A DNA stretch of 11,546 nucleotides, taken from a virus. The notes beneath the pieces are model-generated. The model did no database searches. It saw only the letters and a program-made list of their open reading frames with translations, and was not told the DNA's origin. The DNA lies in UHGV virus genome UHGV-1974939. One strand, written 5' to 3'. Shown here one piece after another: positions 7,383 to 11,546 of the stretch. How positions within the stretch are numbered: the stretch's first letter is position 1; the number at the start of each line of letters is the position of its first letter. A program made the position numbers and the translations under genes.

Positions 7383-9957
7383 ACCGGTAGGCGATCTGGT
7401 CGTTGATTTAAGTCTGGATGCGGCCAGATTTGACGAGCAGATGGCCAGAGTCAGGCGTCATTTTTCCGGTACGGAAAGTGATGCGAAAAAAACAGCGGCA
7501 GTCGTTGAACAGTCGCTGAGCCGACAGGCGCTGGCTGCACAGAAAGCGGGGATTTCCGTCGGGCAGTATAACGCCGCCATGCGTATGCTGCCTGCACAGT
7601 TCACCGACGTGGCCACGCAGCTTGCAGGCGGGCAAAGTCCGTGGCTGATCCTGCTGCAACAGGGGGGTCAGGTGAAGGACTCCTTCGGCGGGATGATCCC
7701 CATGTTCCGGGGGCTTGCCGGTGCGATCACCCTGCCGATGGTGGGGGCTACCTCGCTGGCGGTGGCGACCGGAGCGCTGGCGTATGCCTGGTATCAGGGC
7801 AACTCAACCCTGTCCGATTTCAACAAAACGCTGGTCCTTTCCGGTAATCAGGCAGGACTGACGGCAGATCGTATGCTGGTCCTGTCCAGAGCCGGGCAGG
7901 CGGCAGGGCTGACGTTTAACCAGACCAGCGAGTCACTCAGCGCACTGGTTAAGGCGGGAGTAAGCGGTGAGGCTCAGATTGCATCCATCAGCCAGAGTGT
8001 GGCGCGTTTCTCCTCTGCATCCGGCGTGGAGGTGGACAAGGTCGCTGAAGCCTTCGGGAAGCTGACCACAGACCCGACGTCGGGGCTGACGGCGATGGCA
8101 CGCCAGTTCCATAACGTGACGGCGGAGCAGATTGCGTATGTCGCTCAGTTGCAGCGTTCCGGCGATGAGGCAGGGGCATTGCAGGCGGCGAACGAGGCCG
8201 CAACGAAAGGGTTTGATGACCAGACCCGCCGCCTGAAAGAGAACATGGGCACGCTGGAGACCTGGGCAGACAGGACAGCGCGGGCATTCAAATCCATGTG
8301 GGATGCGGTGCTGGATATTGGTCGTCCTGATACCGCGCAGGAGATGCTGATTAAGGCAGAGGCTGCGTTTAAGAAAGCAGACGACATCTGGAATCTGCGC
8401 AAGGATGATTATTTTGTTAACGATGAAGCGCGGGCGCGTTACTGGGATGATCGTGAAAAGGCCCGTCTTGCGCTTGAAGCCGCCCGAAAGAAGGCTGAGC
8501 AGCAGAGTCAACAGGACAAAAATGCGCAGCAGCAGAGCGATACCGAAGCGTCACGGCTGAAATATACCGAAGAGGCGCAGAAGGCTTACGAACGGCTGCA
8601 GACGCCGCTGGAGAAATATACCGCCCGTCAGGAAGAACTGAACAAGGCACTGAAAGACGGGAAAATCCTGCAGGCGGATTACAACACGCTGATGGCGGCG
8701 GCGAAAAAGGATTATGAAGCGACGCTGAAAAAGCCGAAACAGTCCGGCGTGAAGGTGTCTGCGGGAGAGCGTCAGGAAGATCGAGCACATGCAGCTCTTC
8801 TTGCGTTACAAGCTGAACTAAAAATGCTTGAGCAGCATAGCGGAGCGAATGAAAAAATCAGCCAGCAGCGCCGAGATTTGTGGACAGCCGAAAGCCAGTA
8901 TGCCGTGTTGCATGAGAAGTTGTCTGCTGACGTTCTGGATGGACAGAAGAAATCGCTAAGTATCGAGGAAAAATCTCTTCTTGCTCATGAAAAAGAGACG
9001 CTGGAGTACAAACGTCAGCTGGCTGCACTTGGCGATAAGGTTGAACACCAGAAACGGCTGAACGAACTGGTACAGCAGGCGGATAAATTCGCACAGCAAC
9101 AACGGGCAAAACGGGCAGCCATTGAGGCGAAAAGCCGGGGACTGACTGACCGGCAGGCAGCGCGGGAAGCCATGGAACAGCGCCTGAAGGAACAGTATGG
9201 CGATAATCCGCTGGCGCTGAATAACGTCATGTCAGAGCAGAAAAAGACCTGGGCGGCTGAAGACCAGCTTCGCGGGAGCTGGATGGCAGGCCTGAAGTCC
9301 GGCTGGAGTGAGTGGGAAGAGAGCGCCACGGACAGTATGTCGCAGGTAAAAAGTGCAGCCACGCAGACCTTTGATGGTATTGCACAGAATATGGCGGCGA
9401 TGCTGACCGGCAGTGAGCAGAACTGGCGCAGCTTCACCCGTTCCGTGCTGTCCATGATGACAGAAATTCTGCTTAAGCAGGCAATGGTGGGGATTGTCGG
9501 GAGTATCGGCAGCGCCATTGGCGGGGCTGTTGGTGGCGGCGCATCCGCGTCAGGCGGTACAGCCATTCAGGCCGCTGCGGCGAAATTCCATTTTGCAACC
9601 GGAGGATTTACGGGAACCGGCGGCAAATATGAGCCAGCGGGGATTGTTCACCGTGGTGAATTTGTCTTCACGAAGGAGGCAACCAGCCGGATTGGCGTGG
9701 GAAATCTCTACCGGCTGATGCGCGGCTATGCCACCGGCGGTTATGTCGGTGGCACCGGAAGTCCGGCGCAAATGCGGCGTTCAGAGGGTATCAGGTTTGA
9801 GCAGAACAACAACGTGGTGATTCAGAACGACGGTACGAATGGTCTGCCAGGTCCACAGATGATGAAGGCAGTGTATGACATGGCCCGCAAGGGTGCCCGT
9901 GATGAAATTCAGACACAGATGCGTGATGGTGGCCTGTTCTCCGGAGGTGGACGATGA
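7375..9957 (+). CDS. H: Tail tape measure protein H
   Basis: ATG 7375 preceded by AGGAGGAG at 7361-7368 and overlapping the T stop by 8 nt. The 860-aa product is recognisable as lambda gpH. It has an N-terminal hydrophobic segment (GLAGAITLPMVGATSLAVATGALAYAW), a long charged Ala/Gln/Lys/Glu-rich helical centre and a Gly-rich C-terminal region (GSIGSAIGGAVGGGASASGG). Confidence 0.95.
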   Translation: MAEPVGDLVVDLSLDAARFDEQMARVRRHFSGTESDAKKTAAVVEQSLSRQALAAQKAGISVGQYNAAMRMLPAQFTDVATQLAGGQSPWLILLQQGGQVKDSFGGMIPMFRGLAGAITLPMVGATSLAVATGALAYAWYQGNSTLSDFNKTLVLSGNQAGLTADRMLVLSRAGQAAGLTFNQTSESLSALVKAGVSGEAQIASISQSVARFSSASGVEVDKVAEAFGKLTTDPTSGLTAMARQFHNVTAEQIAYVAQLQRSGDEAGALQAANEAATKGFDDQTRRLKENMGTLETWADRTARAFKSMWDAVLDIGRPDTAQEMLIKAEAAFKKADDIWNLRKDDYFVNDEARARYWDDREKARLALEAARKKAEQQSQQDKNAQQQSDTEASRLKYTEEAQKAYERLQTPLEKYTARQEELNKALKDGKILQADYNTLMAAAKKDYEATLKKPKQSGVKVSAGERQEDRAHAALLALQAELKMLEQHSGANEKISQQRRDLWTAESQYAVLHEKLSADVLDGQKKSLSIEEKSLLAHEKETLEYKRQLAALGDKVEHQKRLNELVQQADKFAQQQRAKRAAIEAKSRGLTDRQAAREAMEQRLKEQYGDNPLALNNVMSEQKKTWAAEDQLRGSWMAGLKSGWSEWEESATDSMSQVKSAATQTFDGIAQNMAAMLTGSEQNWRSFTRSVLSMMTEILLKQAMVGIVGSIGSAIGGAVGGGASASGGTAIQAAAAKFHFATGGFTGTGGKYEPAGIVHRGEFVFTKEATSRIGVGNLYRLMRGYATGGYVGGTGSPAQMRRSEGIRFEQNNNVVIQNDGTNGLPGPQMMKAVYDMARKGARDEIQTQMRDGGLFSGGGR

Positions 9958-10283
9958 AAACCTTCCGCTGGAAAGTGAAACCCGGTATGGATGTGGCTTC
10001 GGCCCCTTCTGTAAGAAAGGTGCGCTTTGGTGATGGCTATTCCCAGCGAGCGCCTGCCGGGCTGAATGCCAACCTGAAAACGTACAGCGTGACGCTTTCT
10101 GTCCCCCGTGAGGAGGCCACGGTACTGGAGTCGTTTCTGGAAGAGCACGGGGGCTGGAAAGCCTTTCTGTGGACGCCGCCTTATGAGTGGCGGCAGATAA
10201 AGGTGACCTGCGCAAAATGGTCGTCGCGGGTCAGTATGCTGCGTGTTGAGTTCAGCGCAGAGTTTGAACAGGTGGTGAACTGA
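9954..10283 (+). CDS. M: Tail tip assembly protein M
   Basis: ATG 9954 overlaps the H stop as ATGA and is preceded by GGAGGTGG at 9943-9950. The 109-aa product (MKTFRWKVKPGMDVASAPSVRKVRFGDGYSQRAP...) is recognisable as lambda gpM. Confidence 0.93.
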   Translation: MKTFRWKVKPGMDVASAPSVRKVRFGDGYSQRAPAGLNANLKTYSVTLSVPREEATVLESFLEEHGGWKAFLWTPPYEWRQIKVTCAKWSSRVSMLRVEFSAEFEQVVN

Positions 10284-10981
10284 TGCAGGATATCCGGCAG
10301 GAAACACTGAATGAATGCACCCGTGCGGAGCAGTCGGCCAGCGTGGTGCTCTGGGAAATCGACCTGACAGAGGTCGGTGGAGAACGTTATTTTTTCTGTA
10401 ATGAGCTGAACGAAAAAGGTGAGCCGGTCACCTGGCAGGGGCGACAGTATCAGCCGTATCCCATTCAGGGGAGTGGTTTTGAACTGAATGGCAAAGGCAC
10501 CAGTACGCGCCCCACGCTGACGGTTTCTAACCTGTACGGTATGGTCACCGGGATGGCGGAAGATCTGCAGAGTCTGGTCGGCGGAACGGTGGTCAGGCGT
10601 AAGGTTTACGCCCGTTTTCTGGATGCGGTGAACTTCGTCAACGGAAACAGTGACGCCGATCCGGAGCAGGAGGTGATCAGCCGCTGGCGCATTGAGCAGT
10701 GCAGCGAATTGAGCGCGGTGAGTGCCTCTTTTGTACTGTCCACGCCGACGGAAACGGACGGCGCTGTTTTTCCGGGACGTATCATGCTGGCCAACACCTG
10801 CACCTGGACCTATCGCGGCGATGAGTGCGGTTATCACGGTCCGGCGGTCGCGGATGAATATGACCAGCCAACGTCCGATATCACGAAGGATAAATGCAGC
10901 AAATGCCTGAGTGGCTGTAAGTTTCGCAATAACGTCGGCAACTTTGGCGGCTTCCTTTCCATTAACAAACTTTCGCAGTAA
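10283..10981 (+). CDS. L: Tail tip protein L with a C-terminal cysteine cluster (Fe-S binding type)
   Basis: ATG 10283 overlaps the M stop in TGATG. The 232-aa product (MQDIRQETLNECTRAEQSASVVLWEIDLTEVGGERYFFCNEL...) is recognisable as lambda gpL. Five Cys lie in the last ~60 residues (TCTW, DECGY, KCSKC, SGCK). Confidence 0.95.
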   Translation: MQDIRQETLNECTRAEQSASVVLWEIDLTEVGGERYFFCNELNEKGEPVTWQGRQYQPYPIQGSGFELNGKGTSTRPTLTVSNLYGMVTGMAEDLQSLVGGTVVRRKVYARFLDAVNFVNGNSDADPEQEVISRWRIEQCSELSAVSASFVLSTPTETDGAVFPGRIMLANTCTWTYRGDECGYHGPAVADEYDQPTSDITKDKCSKCLSGCKFRNNVGNFGGFLSINKLSQ

Positions 10982-10986
10982 ATCCC

Positions 10987-11546
10987 ATGACAGAGACAGA
11001 ATCAGCGATTCTGGCGCACGCCCGGCGATGTGCGCCAGCGGAGTCGTGCGGCTTCGTGGTGAGAACGCCGGAAGGGGAAAGATATTTTCCCTGCGTGAAT
11101 ATCTCCGGTGAGCCGGAGGATTATTTCCGGATGGCTCCGGAGGACTGGCTGCAGGCAGAAATGCAGGGTGAGATTGTGGCGCTGGTCCACAGCCACCCCG
11201 GTGGTCTGCCCTGGCTGAGTGAGGCTGACCGGCGGCTGCAGGTGCAGAGTGATTTGCCGTGGTGGCTGGTCTGCCGGAGGACGATTCATAAGTTCCGCTG
11301 TGTGCCGCATCTCACTGGGCGGCGCTTTGAACACGGGGTGACGGACTGTTACACGCTGTTCCGGGATGCTTATCATCTGGCGGGGATTGAGATGCCGGAT
11401 TTTCATCGCGAGGATGACTGGTGGCGTCACGGTCAGAATCTCTATCTGGATAATCTGGAGGCCACAGGGCTGTATCAGGTGCCGTTGTCATCAGCACAAC
11501 CGGGCGATGTGCTGCTGTGCTGTTTTGGTTCATCGGTGCCGAATCA
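10987..11546 (+). CDS. K: Tail tip assembly protein K (JAMM/MPN plus NlpC/P60 two-domain protein), 3'-truncated by the window edge
   Basis: Not in the ORF track because the frame has no stop inside the window. Hand translation from ATG 10987 in frame 1 gives MTETESAILAHARRCAPAESCGFVVRTPEGERYFPCVNISGEPEDYFRMAPEDWLQAEMQGEIVALVHSHPGGLPWLSEADRRLQVQ...GVTDCYTLFRDAYHLAGIEMPDF..., open to nt 11546. It contains an H-x-H-x7-S-x2-D JAMM signature at 11188-11229 and follows L by 5 nt, as K does in lambda. The start could instead be ATG 11131, which has GGAGGA upstream. Confidence 0.85.
   Translation, partial: MTETESAILAHARRCAPAESCGFVVRTPEGERYFPCVNISGEPEDYFRMAPEDWLQAEMQGEIVALVHSHPGGLPWLSEADRRLQVQSDLPWWLVCRRTIHKFRCVPHLTGRRFEHGVTDCYTLFRDAYHLAGIEMPDFHREDDWWRHGQNLYLDNLEATGLYQVPLSSAQPGDVLLCCFGSSVPN

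Noticed and set aside
8490-8540. CAGCAG-rich repeats in H (gagcagcagagtcaacaggacaaaaatgcgcagcagcagagc)
   Set aside because: These are short codon-level repeats encoding a Gln-rich helical stretch of the tape measure, not a tandem repeat array or a clear slippage-prone variable-number repeat.
10911-11111. Small + strand ORFs in other frames (10911..11111 66 aa, 242..436, 1914..2183, 3706..3900, 5404..5649, 5951..6181, 7641..7847, 9494..9718, 10722..10910)
   Set aside because: They are embedded in alternative frames of recognised genes, lack ribosome-binding sites and have biased low-complexity composition. They are most likely chance ORFs.
1-11546. A novel defence, toxin-antitoxin or other accessory system hidden in this window
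   Set aside because: Every stretch of the + strand is accounted for by a recognisable lambda morphogenesis gene in canonical order. Intergenic gaps are about 55 bp or less and there is no inserted ORF, so the window shows no sign of cargo; any moron would have to lie outside it.
1-11546. tRNA, rRNA, CRISPR repeats, insertion sequences, integrase or attachment sites, or a cos site
   Set aside because: No direct-repeat arrays, inverted-repeat-bounded elements or tRNA-like structures were noticed, and coding density is near 100%. By the lambda map, cos and Nu1/A lie upstream of this window and att/int lie far downstream.
1-11546. Chi recombination hotspot (GCTGGTGG or its complement)
   Set aside because: I looked by eye and saw none, but the scan was not exhaustive. 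An exact-match string search on both strands is needed before stating presence or absence.

Overview
The window is a contiguous, single-strand (+) block of the late morphogenesis operon of phage lambda or a very close lambdoid relative, most likely a prophage. It runs from the 3' two-thirds of the portal gene B through C/Nu3, D, E, FI, FII, Z, U, V, G/G-T, H, M and L into the 5' part of K, in canonical lambda order with tight or overlapping gene junctions. Gene identities rest on my recognition of the ORF-track translations as the lambda proteins and on conserved order; no database search was run, and exact lambda residues and lengths are from memory. Nothing is left unexplained: all intergenic gaps are about 55 bp or less, and I see no tRNA, CRISPR array, IS element or inserted cargo gene, so I find no evidence of a previously undescribed system here. 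The points worth a second look are the K gene missing from the ORF track, the G-T frameshift site, two terminator-like hairpins flanking E, and a low-GC patch inside the tape-measure gene H.
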